Position numbers and translations under genes: made by a program
Shown: in pieces, positions 55,842 to 64,000 of the stretch
Position numbering within the stretch: the first letter of the stretch is position 1
Layout: each line of letters begins with the position of its first letter
Source: Candidatus Brockarchaeota archaeon
GTDB lineage: Archaea > Thermoproteota > EX4484-205 > JAAOZP01
Direction: 5' to 3'
DNA length: 64,000 nt
NCBI GenBank assembly: GCA_017601225.1
Contig: JAFNIX010000002.1
Location: 52,903-116,902 of the forward strand
Notes under the pieces: generated by a model
Seen by the model: only the letters and a program-made list of their open reading frames with translations
Database searches by the model: none
What the model was told of the DNA's origin: nothing

Positions 55842-55848
55842 GAAAGCT

Positions 55849-56589
55849 TCATCGTTTATAGATTTCCCATTTCCTTTCCTTCTTAAGCCTATCTGCCTCT
55901 TCCTCAGTCAGTGCGACTAAAGCCAATTTCCCATCTCTTGTAGCCTCTGAAAATGCATAGTATTGATATCCCGTATCCCTGATTATTTTATTTATATCCC
56001 AAACAAAGGTATCGTAGAGGTAATCCCTATGAAAGAAGATATTGACAGTATGTTCTTTCATCCCGTACTTGAAGCGAACCGTGAATGAGCTCCACATACC
56101 TCTACCCCGCCACAATTCATCCTGTGGTGGATTCTCCTCATGCTCGTTCAGCTCTTCGCTGAGTATGATTGGCTGAAAGCTCCCCCTCGATATCTTCGTA
56201 AGCCTCTTGATGATGCCGATGCCAGCCCCTTTAATGACATCCGTCTCCGCATCCTGAACCATAACCCTCTTGGTATCGAAGCAGGCCATCTCATAGTCCA
56301 AAGAAGCATCGCTCGTCTTCATCCATAAATCCTCCTTTTCCTTAATGGATTCGATGAGAACGGCCCCATAACTACTCAGCTTCAGCTTATCCCGTTTCCT
56401 CTTATATTCCTCATCGCTCAAGTCCCCATCCTCCCAAAATATACTATAATCTATCTCTCCTCTGAGAATCTTTTCGAAAATCTCCTCTGAGGATAAGTTA
56501 GAGTAATCCTGAAAGAAACCCATCTTCCTAAGGTAATCTATCGAATCGACGAATCTCTTCCTTAGCTCAGGGTTCATCACTATAACCAC
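55849..56589 (-). CDS. Hypothetical acidic protein (246 aa) convergent with the giant gene
   Basis: ORF with a GTG at 56589 or an ATG at 56577 (MNPELRKRF). No family recognised. Its stop lies 7 bp from the stop of the giant gene. Confidence 0.6.
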   Translation of the reverse strand: MVIVMNPELRKRFVDSIDYLRKMGFFQDYSNLSSEEIFEKILRGEIDYSIFWEDGDLSDEEYKRKRDKLKLSSYGAVLIESIKEKEDLWMKTSDASLDYEMACFDTKRVMVQDAETDVIKGAGIGIIKRLTKISRGSFQPIILSEELNEHEENPPQDELWRGRGMWSSFTVRFKYGMKEHTVNIFFHRDYLYDTFVWDINKIIRDTGYQYYAFSEATRDGKLALVALTEEEADRLKKERKWEIYKR

Positions 56590-56643
56590 ATTAACCAGGC
56601 TTTTAAGCCTAAACAGTCTTCAAGAATTCGGAGAACACGGGAG

Positions 56644-56648
56644 AAAAA
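56644..56648 (-). terminator. Oligo-T tract immediately 3' of the tRNA
   Basis: The minus strand reads CCA-C-TTTTT directly after the tRNA 3' end. Confidence 0.45.
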
Positions 56649-56649
56649 G

Positions 56650-56797
56650 TGGTAGCCCGGGAGAGATTCGAACTCTCGTCAACGGGTTTCTTCTCCAGCG
56701 GATCCAGAGCCCGCCATCCCTAGTCGGGATGTAAGCCTTACCTCCCATTGACCGCTGCCCTTAGCGCTTTTTCGCGTCTAATCTAGACGACCGGGCT
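56650..56797 (-). tRNA. tRNA-Gln (anticodon CUG) with about 70 nt of intervening sequence, probably 2-3 introns, and encoded CCA
   Basis: Minus strand: perfect 7-bp acceptor stem AGCCCGG/CCGGGCT with A1-U72, discriminator A and CCA. T-arm is GAGAG-TTCGAAT-CTCTC. Candidate anticodon arm is GCGGG-CTCTGGA-TCCGC (U33, CUG). Total length is 148 nt versus about 75-78 nt for a mature tRNA. Confidence 0.75.
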
Positions 56798-56822
56798 GCC
56801 GGGGCTTATGGTTGTTGCGCGC

Positions 56823-56830
56823 TATATTAA
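56823..56830 (-). promoter_or_regulatory. TATA-like box TTAATATA upstream of the tRNA
   Basis: The minus strand reads AAAAATTAATATAGC, 26-33 nt upstream of the tRNA 5' end (56797). Confidence 0.45.
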
Positions 56831-56943
56831 TTTTTCGAGTCTGGCGTAGTGTTTCTTTCTTCTCCAATATGTGTTGCGATAGATAGGTTTTATTCTATAT
56901 GTGTTAAAGCTTTATTAACCCTTGTCTCCCGCTCGACCGGGAA

Positions 56944-59685
56944 ATGTCCGGCGAGAAGGAGGATGCTTTTCACGCTCTTGAGGTTCGGGAAGTGTTTGAG
57001 AGGCTTGGGTCTAGTGTTAGGGGTTTGAGCAGCCGCGAGGCTGAGAGGAGGCTTAGGGAGTATGGTCCCAACGAGCTGGAAGAGGAGGAGAAGACTAGTG
57101 TTCTGACTCTTGTTTTCAACCAGGTGAGAAGCCCCATAATAATGGTTTTGTTCGCCGCGATACTTATTTCTCTTGCTATCGGTAAAGTGGTTGACGCTGC
57201 TGTTATAGGCGTGGTTATAGCTTTCAACACTGTTATAGGTTTCACGCAGGAGTTTAAGGCTGAGAAGGCTCTTCAGGCTTTGAAAAGGCTTGCGGCGCCG
57301 GAGGCAGAGGTGGTTCGAGACTGTCCCGAGTCGGGTGGCTGCGTGGGAATGCGGGTTAAGGCTAGGGAGATTGTTCCCGGGGACGTGATCCTCCTGGAGG
57401 CTGGTGACAGGGTGCCTGCTGACGCTCGGATATTTGAGGCCTTTAACCTGGAGATAGATGAGTCTATGCTTACAGGCGAGTCGACACCGGTTGGGAAAAC
57501 AACCGAGCCTCTTGAGAAGGATCTTCCAGTGGCGGAGCGTAGGAATATTGCTTTCGCCGGGACGATTGTGACCAAGGGGAGGGGTAGGGCTGTCGTGTTC
57601 GCCACAGGGGTTAGGACGGAGATTGGAAAAATAGCGCGTCTAATTAGGGAGACTGAGAAGATTGAAACGCCTATTCAGAAGCGAACGTCTGATCTTTCGA
57701 AGAAACTCGGTGTTCTCGCCTTGTCTTCGAGCAGCCTGATGGTTATAGTTGGTGTTTTACGGGGCTTCGAGTTTTTCGAAATGTTTCTGTTCGCGCTTGC
57801 AGCCGCTGTTTCCGCTATTCCTGAGGGGCTTCCCGTAGTGATTACGGTGACGCTCGCCATCGGGGTTAACAGGATGGCTAGGCGTAATGCTATAATCAGG
57901 AGGCTTCAGGCTGTTGACACTCTCGGCTCAGTTACAGCCATATGTACAGACAAGACTGGAACGCTTACGACAAACCAGATGACGGTTCAAGAGGTCTTCG
58001 TATCCGGGAGGACGGTGAAGGTCACTGGGTCAGGCTTCACCCCTGAGGGACGGTTCGTGCTTGAGGAGGAGCCGGTTGACCCGCTGGGTTTCGAGCCTCT
58101 TAAGCTTCTCCTTCAAGCCGGCGCTCTCTGTAACGATGCTCGTTTAATACAGCATGAGGTTGACGGCGGGTTCAGGTGGGAGGTTCACGGCGACCCGACT
58201 GAGGGTGCTCTCGTTGTTGCCGCAGCCAAGGCTGGTTTGCGAAAGGAGGAGCTTGAGGAGCTTTATCCGCGTATAGACGAGATTCCGTTCGACCCTCAGG
58301 AGAGATACATGGCCACGTTCCACAAGGCTCCTTCAGGAGTTTTGACGGTTTACGCTAAGGGTGCGCCTAAAACAATACTTGAAATCTGCTCGGAATACTT
58401 GGAGGACGGTGAGAGGAAAAAGCTGTCTGAGGAGAAAAAGGAGGAGGTTCTAGAGGTTTCTCGGAGCATGGCGGGTAGGGCTCTGAGGGTTCTTGCAGTA
58501 GCATTCTTGGAGATTAGCGACGGGGAGTTGAAAAGGGTGAAGGCTAATATTCGCGTCGAACCCAGAATGGTGTTCATCGGCTTAGTCGGGATGATGGATC
58601 CACCGAGGCCTGAGGCGAAAACTGCTGTTCAGCTTTGCAAGAGAGCAGGCATTAAGGTCCTTATGTTGACGGGGGACCATAGGCTTACGGCTCAGGCTAT
58701 TGCGAGCGAGCTTGGGATCCTGAAACCCGGCTCAAAAGTGCTGACGGGTGTGGAGCTCGACCAGATGGGTGACGGGGAGCTGGATGCTGTGGTTGAGGAT
58801 GTGGCGGTGTTCGCAAGGGTTTCACCCCTGCATAAGCATAGGATTGTCCAGTCTTTGAGGCGCAGGGGCCACGTGGTGGCTATGACTGGAGACGGTGTTA
58901 ACGATGCTCCGGCTTTAAAAACGGCTGAGGTTGGCATCGCGATGGGAATAACTGGGACTGACGTTACGAAGGAGACTGCCGACATGGTTTTGGTTGACGA
59001 TAATTTCGCCAGCATTGTTAACGCGGTGGAGGAGGGCAGGGTGGTCTTTGAAAATATTAGGAAGGTTGTGAAGTACTTGGTCTCCACAAACCTTGGGGAA
59101 ATAATAACGATATTTGCCGCCCTTTTTCTCCTGCCTGATGCACCCGTCCTTTTCACCCCTGTTCAAATACTCTGGGTTAACCTTGTCACCGACGGGCTTC
59201 TCACCGTTACTCTAGCTATGGAGCCCAAGGAGGAGGACGTTATGGATCAGCCTCCCAGGAAGCCGGGGGAGAAGATAATTAACAGGGACATTCTGCTCAA
59301 CACTATCTACGTTTCAACATTCATGGCTATAGGGTCTCTCTGGATTTTTACGAGAGAGTGGGTCAACGGAGATTTGACTAGGGCACGGGCCATGACTTTC
59401 ACCGTTATGGCGATGTTCCAAGTCTTTAACGCGTTTAACTGCCGATCCAGAACGAAGTCTGTTTTCAAAATAGGTTTTTTCACGAACAAGTATCTTTTCG
59501 CAGGCGTAGCTTCCTCAGTCTCCCTACAGGTGTTGGCAACGATACTGCCCTTCTTCCAAGCGGCTCTTCAAACAAAACCGCTTTCACCATGGGATTGGGC
59601 AACCATAATTCTTGTTTCGAGCAGCGTGTTTATTGCGGACGAGGTCAGAAAACTCGTTAGAGCCAAGTTGAAAAAAGCTGGCTAA
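56944..59685 (+). CDS. P2-type cation-transporting ATPase (Ca2+/SERCA-PMR1-like)
   Basis: N-terminal cation-ATPase domain (LSSREAERRLREYGPNEL), TGES, TM4 IPEGLP, phosphorylation site CTDKTGTLT, and hinge TGDGVNDAPAL. Confidence 0.9.
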   Translation: MSGEKEDAFHALEVREVFERLGSSVRGLSSREAERRLREYGPNELEEEEKTSVLTLVFNQVRSPIIMVLFAAILISLAIGKVVDAAVIGVVIAFNTVIGFTQEFKAEKALQALKRLAAPEAEVVRDCPESGGCVGMRVKAREIVPGDVILLEAGDRVPADARIFEAFNLEIDESMLTGESTPVGKTTEPLEKDLPVAERRNIAFAGTIVTKGRGRAVVFATGVRTEIGKIARLIRETEKIETPIQKRTSDLSKKLGVLALSSSSLMVIVGVLRGFEFFEMFLFALAAAVSAIPEGLPVVITVTLAIGVNRMARRNAIIRRLQAVDTLGSVTAICTDKTGTLTTNQMTVQEVFVSGRTVKVTGSGFTPEGRFVLEEEPVDPLGFEPLKLLLQAGALCNDARLIQHEVDGGFRWEVHGDPTEGALVVAAAKAGLRKEELEELYPRIDEIPFDPQERYMATFHKAPSGVLTVYAKGAPKTILEICSEYLEDGERKKLSEEKKEEVLEVSRSMAGRALRVLAVAFLEISDGELKRVKANIRVEPRMVFIGLVGMMDPPRPEAKTAVQLCKRAGIKVLMLTGDHRLTAQAIASELGILKPGSKVLTGVELDQMGDGELDAVVEDVAVFARVSPLHKHRIVQSLRRRGHVVAMTGDGVNDAPALKTAEVGIAMGITGTDVTKETADMVLVDDNFASIVNAVEEGRVVFENIRKVVKYLVSTNLGEIITIFAALFLLPDAPVLFTPVQILWVNLVTDGLLTVTLAMEPKEEDVMDQPPRKPGEKIINRDILLNTIYVSTFMAIGSLWIFTREWVNGDLTRARAMTFTVMAMFQVFNAFNCRSRTKSVFKIGFFTNKYLFAGVASSVSLQVLATILPFFQAALQTKPLSPWDWATIILVSSSVFIADEVRKLVRAKLKKAG

Positions 59686-59704
59686 TATCGCTGAAAACCT
59701 AGTA

Positions 59705-60379
59705 ATGCTTTTAAAATACTGGAGCAGAGGAAATGGATCTAGGTTGAAGAGTAGGAAGGCTGGGCGAAAAGGATTTACTGTCGCCATTTTCGGCTCAGCA
59801 AGGGTTCGTGAAGGCAGCACGATATACAGGGAAATCCATGATTTGGCCGCTATGATTTCCGGAGCAGGGATGAACATTGTCACGGGAGGCGGCCCGGGCC
59901 TTATGGATGCGGCTAGCAAGGGACACTACTTTGGCCGCAGGGATAGGAACTCCAAATCAATAGGCTTAAGAATCAGGCTTCCTTTCGAAGAGAAAGAATC
60001 CAGCCATCTAGATATAAAGAAAGAGTTTAAACATTTCTCAACCCGGCTCGACGGCTTCATAAGGCATTCCAACGTGGTCATAGTGGCTCCGGGAGGGGTG
60101 GGGACTCTGCTCGAGTTTGCCTATACGTGGCAGCTGCTTCAGGTTAAGCATATTTCCAATATTCCCATTATCCTGCTTGGGAGAATGTGGTTTGACTTCG
60201 TCAAATGGATCAGGAAATGGCCCCTTAAACACGGGTTGATCGACCCTAAGGATGTGGAACTGTTCTTCTTAGCTAAGGATATTCACGAAGCTTTTTCAAT
60301 AATTAAAAATGCTTACGAGCTATACGAGAGGGGAAACGGGATAATAATGTCTGAACTACACGAAATGCAGGATAAATAA
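59705..60379 (+). CDS. LOG/TIGR00730-family Rossmann-fold nucleotide-binding protein
   Basis: VAIFGSAR, TGGGPGLMDAASKG and the PGGVGTLLEF motif. Confidence 0.8.
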   Translation: MLLKYWSRGNGSRLKSRKAGRKGFTVAIFGSARVREGSTIYREIHDLAAMISGAGMNIVTGGGPGLMDAASKGHYFGRRDRNSKSIGLRIRLPFEEKESSHLDIKKEFKHFSTRLDGFIRHSNVVIVAPGGVGTLLEFAYTWQLLQVKHISNIPIILLGRMWFDFVKWIRKWPLKHGLIDPKDVELFFLAKDIHEAFSIIKNAYELYERGNGIIMSELHEMQDK

Positions 60380-60526
60380 TAATGCTTATACTTTTGCAAC
60401 TAGGTATTCAGCCGAGTTAAGAGTCTTCTTTCACGATACCGAGCGGTTGTAGCACTGCCAGCGGGTTGCATCAGAAAAGTTAAATAGGAAAGCTTTAATC
60501 GTCTTCTTACTGTTATAAAGCACAGT

Positions 60527-61423
60527 ATGGATAAGACTGACATGATCCTGTGCCAGCTTTTGATGTCGAATTCAAGAATGTCCTACCGTGAATTAGCTGA
60601 TAGGCTGAATCTTTCTGTTACTGCTATACACTCCCGGGTCCAATCTCTGGTGGAGCAGGGCGTTATCCGCAGGTTTTCAGCCAGGTTGAGTCCGAGAGTT
60701 TTGAAGGCGGTCAGTGTCCTAGTTTTCGGCTTATCCCGGGCGGTTCCGGTTCAAGAACTGGGGAAAAGGCTTGCTGGACAAGGCTCAGTCTACTGGCTTG
60801 GCGTCGGAGGAGGCGACTATCTCTACATAGGAGCATGCCTACAAGATGTAAGTGAACTAGTTGATCTTGTGAGTTTTTTAAGGGAGAAGGCTGGTATTCT
60901 TGAGCCGACTGTCGGCATAGTTGCGTACACCTCTCTACCCAGGGACACTGTCCCGGTTGAAGCTAAGCTCAGCAGCCTGGATTACCGGATAATAAGGTCC
61001 CTGGCGGATGATTCGCGTAAAGCCTTGTCTAAGGTTTCTGAGGAGCTAGGTGTTTCAACCAGAACTGTGCGCCGCCGCCTCGAAAGGATGATGGAGCTTG
61101 GCCTAGTGGATATGTCGATAGACTGGTACCCGGATGCTTCCAACGACATAATGGCTGTGCTACACCTCAACCTGAAGCCGGGGGCTGATAGTGATGCGAC
61201 TAGAACAGTTCTGCAGAAGCACTGGCCTAATGTTTTCATGTCATGGAGCTTCAGCAATATTCCAAACCTGATCCTGTCCTTCGCTTGGACGAATACCATG
61301 AAAGAGTTGAAAGAGCTTTGCAAGAGCCTTGAGCAGGAGAATGTTTTCCAGTCTGTTTCGCCCAATGTTCTCTACACGGGCTACGTTTTCAAGACATGGG
61401 TCGACCGGCTTGTTGAAAAATAG
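60527..61423 (+). CDS. Tandem (duplicated) Lrp/AsnC-family transcriptional regulator
   Basis: Two HTH_AsnC modules (ILCQLLMSNSRMSYRELADRLNLSVTAIHSRVQSLVEQGVI and DYRIIRSLADDSRKALSKVSEELGVSTRTVRRRLERMMELGLV), each followed by a RAM-like beta-alpha-beta region. Confidence 0.75.
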   Translation: MDKTDMILCQLLMSNSRMSYRELADRLNLSVTAIHSRVQSLVEQGVIRRFSARLSPRVLKAVSVLVFGLSRAVPVQELGKRLAGQGSVYWLGVGGGDYLYIGACLQDVSELVDLVSFLREKAGILEPTVGIVAYTSLPRDTVPVEAKLSSLDYRIIRSLADDSRKALSKVSEELGVSTRTVRRRLERMMELGLVDMSIDWYPDASNDIMAVLHLNLKPGADSDATRTVLQKHWPNVFMSWSFSNIPNLILSFAWTNTMKELKELCKSLEQENVFQSVSPNVLYTGYVFKTWVDRLVEK

Positions 61424-61554
61424 GCTGCCTGTCCGCTTCTTAAACCTGAAGCCTTATGAAGAAGACGTTTAGAAAACCTGTTAGACACTTTCTTCAATAG
61501 GCCTGTTAACATACATCTATATTCTCTGTTTAGAGGGATAAACGTGTGTGAAAA

Positions 61555-62301
61555 ATGGTTGAACCGGGGATCGTGATGGAGAGGCTTGTTAAGAAGTATG
61601 AGGATGTTACTGCAGTTGACGACTTAAGCCTGCGGGTTGCGAGGGGTGAGCTGTTCGGGCTGCTTGGGCCGAATGGCGCCGGCAAGACAACGACTATAAA
61701 CATTCTATGCGGACTTGTGAAGCCTACGAGCGGCTTTGTCTCAGTATACGGGTTTGACGTGCAGGCTGAGCCTTGGAAAGTCAAGCAGCTCATAGGCGTG
61801 TGCACTCAGGAAACAGCTGTCTACGGTTACTTGACTGGTTTGGAGAATGTTGAACTATTCGGTAGTCTTTACGCGATGCAGGGAGACGTGCTTAAAGCAA
61901 GGCGGAAAACCCTCTTGGAGAAGATGGGGCTCGACAAGGATGCGGAGAAGAGGGTTGAGAAATACAGCGGCGGGATGAGACGCAGGCTCAGCCTCATACT
62001 CGCACTGGTCCATGACCCTCAAGTGGTTTTCCTGGATGAGCCGACTGTCGGCATGGATCCGCAGTCGCGCCGCGCCGTCTGGGGCTTCATAAGGGGGCTT
62101 AAGGCTGAAGGGAAGACAGTCATCTTAACAACGCACTACATGGAGGAGGCTGAGGAGCTGTGTGACCGCGTTGGAATAATAGACCACGGCAGGCTGATAG
62201 CTCTAGGATCCCCGAGAGAGCTGGTATCGGACGGCGAGGTTGGGAGCCTGGAGGAGCTGTTCATCAAGCTTACGGGGAGAAGGATAAGGGAGGAGGCCTA
62301 A
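61555..62301 (+). CDS. ABC-2-type transporter ATP-binding protein
   Basis: Walker A GPNGAGKTT, signature YSGGMRRRL, Walker B VVFLDEPTVGMD. Confidence 0.9.
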   Translation: MVEPGIVMERLVKKYEDVTAVDDLSLRVARGELFGLLGPNGAGKTTTINILCGLVKPTSGFVSVYGFDVQAEPWKVKQLIGVCTQETAVYGYLTGLENVELFGSLYAMQGDVLKARRKTLLEKMGLDKDAEKRVEKYSGGMRRRLSLILALVHDPQVVFLDEPTVGMDPQSRRAVWGFIRGLKAEGKTVILTTHYMEEAEELCDRVGIIDHGRLIALGSPRELVSDGEVGSLEELFIKLTGRRIREEA

Positions 62302-62302
62302 G

Positions 62303-63451
62303 ATGAGGATTCAGAGGGTTCTTGCCATAGTTAAGAAGGAGGCAAAGAAGACTGTACGCGACCCGGCTGTTTTATTCATGGTATTCCTTTTTCCAGTGGT
62401 ATTCATTCTCGCGTTCAGCACCTTCTTCGGTGGGGCTGGGGGCGAACAGCCCGTGTATGAAGTCGGAGTGGTCAACATGGATGATGGGAACTCCTCGCAA
62501 ACTCTGCTTACCTTGCTGTCTAAAACCGGGCTGCTCAACCCCAAGCTTTACGGTGACAACAAGACTGCTCAGGACGATCTTTCACAGGGCAAGGTCAAGG
62601 CTGTGATCATAATCCCGAGCGACTTCAGCCTAAGCCTAGCCTCCTACAATGCGGCTCCGGGAGAACCGGGAAGATGGGTTAATACAACCATTGCCCTATA
62701 CTTGGACAAGGGCTCGCTCGTCGCGATCCAAGCAGTGTCGCCAATATTGCAGCAGGCGCTGGCGACTGTCGCTGGCCGAGAGAGCCAAGCCCCTTTAAGC
62801 CCGTTTCGCGTGGAGGTCGCTTCCTTGGTTGAGGTGAAGACGCTATCCGCCTTCGAGTTCATGGCTCCAGGCATGTTCACCTTCGCGTCAATATACATTC
62901 TGATGATGGTTGCCCAGGCTTTCATCCAGGACCGTGAGAACGGTATGTTGAAGAGAATAAGGACTACGCCGATAACCCCGGTCGAGTTCATGACGGGCCA
63001 AGTCTTCTCATATATGCTGATGGCCCTAGTCCAAGCAGCGCTGGTGTTCGCAACGATATACCTTCTGGGCTTCAGGCCGAACGTGGGTTTAGCAACATAC
63101 TTGTTCGCGTTCACAATCCTAATGGTTTTCTCCCTGTCCAACGTTGGGTTCGGCCTGATAGCCGCGACTCTAGCAAAGTCTCCAGGCGCAGCCACAGGAT
63201 TCTCATTCCTGTTCCTGTTGCCGCAGCTCTTCCTCGGAACCTTCGTCGGCATGTCGTTCTCCCAGACGGCTCAAATCGCAGGCAAGTTCGTACCAAGCTT
63301 CTACGTCACCAATGCTCTATCCTCTCTCTTCCTAAGGGGGGCGAGCATTCTGAGCCCAGCAATACTTTTAGACCTGGCGGTTGTATGCGTGTTCTCCGGA
63401 GCAGTCTTAACCATAGGCATATTTCTCTATGCGAAATACTTCAGGATCTAG
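62303..63451 (+). CDS. ABC-2-type transporter permease
   Basis: TM1, a ~150-aa external loop, then 5 C-terminal TM helices. It starts 1 nt after the ATPase stop. Confidence 0.8.
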   Translation: MRIQRVLAIVKKEAKKTVRDPAVLFMVFLFPVVFILAFSTFFGGAGGEQPVYEVGVVNMDDGNSSQTLLTLLSKTGLLNPKLYGDNKTAQDDLSQGKVKAVIIIPSDFSLSLASYNAAPGEPGRWVNTTIALYLDKGSLVAIQAVSPILQQALATVAGRESQAPLSPFRVEVASLVEVKTLSAFEFMAPGMFTFASIYILMMVAQAFIQDRENGMLKRIRTTPITPVEFMTGQVFSYMLMALVQAALVFATIYLLGFRPNVGLATYLFAFTILMVFSLSNVGFGLIAATLAKSPGAATGFSFLFLLPQLFLGTFVGMSFSQTAQIAGKFVPSFYVTNALSSLFLRGASILSPAILLDLAVVCVFSGAVLTIGIFLYAKYFRI

Positions 63452-63468
63452 GAGAGTGTGATAGTGAA

Positions 63469-63858
63469 ATGGGAAAGGATTGTGAAGATGGGAAAAAGGG
63501 CTTGCTGAATCCTGAGGCGCTGGTGAAGGAGGCGAAAGCATCCAAGTACCGAGAAGCCTATAAAACCCTGGACAGTAGCCTGAGCTATAGAATAGGAGTT
63601 GGCGTTAGGCTAAGATCCTCGGAGAACTACTCTTTCTTCATTGAGGCCCTCTTCTACCTGTGCCCTGCTTCCGGAACTGTTGATCTGGAAACTCTTGGTA
63701 AATGTCTAGCCTGCTTGAAAGAATTGAAGAAGCGGGGCTACTCACTGACCTGTCAAGACGGGGAATGCGTCTCCTGCGAGGCAATAGTACCCGTTGAGAG
63801 AGTATCAGAGGAATACGTCACCGTCAAGTCGTTAATCGCAAACATTCTAAACCTGTAA
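63469..63858 (+). CDS. Hypothetical Cys-containing protein (129 aa)
   Basis: ORF only. The ATG at 63469 is preferred because the ORF-track start at 63385 overlaps the permease gene. Contains CLACL and CQDGECVSC. Confidence 0.4.
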   Translation: MGKDCEDGKKGLLNPEALVKEAKASKYREAYKTLDSSLSYRIGVGVRLRSSENYSFFIEALFYLCPASGTVDLETLGKCLACLKELKKRGYSLTCQDGECVSCEAIVPVERVSEEYVTVKSLIANILNL

Positions 63859-64000
63859 TAGATGCTTCAAAGACTTCTTGAAGCCCTGAACGGTCGCGCT
63901 AGCGCACGTCTAGGAAGGAAGCGTCTATTTAACCCTAACTCTCAACAGTAACCCAGCGACGGAACGAAACCGCCTTGAGGCTTGTTCGCAACCCTTATGT

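Noticed and set aside
62644-63252. 202-aa minus-strand ORF
   Set aside because: It is antisense to the ABC-2 permease gene, which has a clear TM pattern and operon context.
1-64000. Search for CRISPR arrays, rRNA genes, integrases, transposases and additional tRNAs
   Set aside because: I saw no regularly spaced short repeats, no rRNA-like stretches, no tyrosine/serine recombinase or DDE motifs in the listed ORFs, and no second tRNA-like acceptor/T-arm pair. Absence by eye is not proof; an Infernal/tRNAscan/ISfinder run would settle it.

Overview
Dense archaeal chromosomal segment with about 60 plausible genes. Many neighbouring genes overlap by 1-44 nt, TATA-like boxes lie about 25-35 nt upstream of several start codons, and there is one tRNA carrying about 70 nt of intervening sequence. 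Together with gene content this suggests a hyperthermophilic member of the Thermoproteota, possibly Thermofilum-like; the taxon is inference only.

- 0-16 kb: carbohydrate/redox cluster with two GH5 cellulase paralogs (one cytoplasmic, one surface-anchored), two Gfo/Idh/MocA oxidoreductases, an Fe-alcohol dehydrogenase, a DegT-type aminotransferase, an amidohydrolase, and an alpha/beta-hydrolase fused to a polytopic membrane domain. It is followed by a nitroreductase, a stand-alone DNA-ligase N-terminal-domain homolog and aSUI1.
- 16.6-35.9 kb: an AbrB-ACT fusion gene transcribed divergently from a tightly overlapped histidine operon hisC-G-A-B-F-E-H-I (no hisD). Then come an XRE-type HTH protein, a DUF92 membrane protein, a MacB-type ABC pair coupled to a 734-aa sequon-rich surface protein, ilvE, and a pyrimidine cluster (pyrF-E-B-K-C, pyrD). 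The pyr cluster is divergent from an orphan carA; no pyrI or carB is present.
- 36.5-43.1 kb: a membrane-anchored minimal sHSP overlapping a 942-aa UPF0182-like membrane protein, a small membrane protein, and a DUF4838-like protein.
- 43.1-56.8 kb: an AT-rich accessory region. It holds two decayed 3' fragments of a TATA-binding-protein gene in direct orientation around a two-gene cassette, a DUF433/DUF5615 toxin-antitoxin pair with a frameshifted toxin, and 0.8 kb of non-coding DNA. It also holds an operon for a secreted 489-aa protein plus a 2379-aa polytopic giant protein.
- The low-GC C-terminal module of the giant protein ends in a PD-(D/E)XK nuclease-like motif. A convergent 246-aa gene follows 7 bp later, and the region ends at a multi-intron tRNA-Gln(CUG).
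- 56.9-64 kb: P2-type cation ATPase, LOG-family protein, tandem Lrp/AsnC regulator, ABC-2 exporter.

No rRNA, CRISPR array, integrase or transposase was recognised. All functional calls rest on motif recognition by eye, without database searches.
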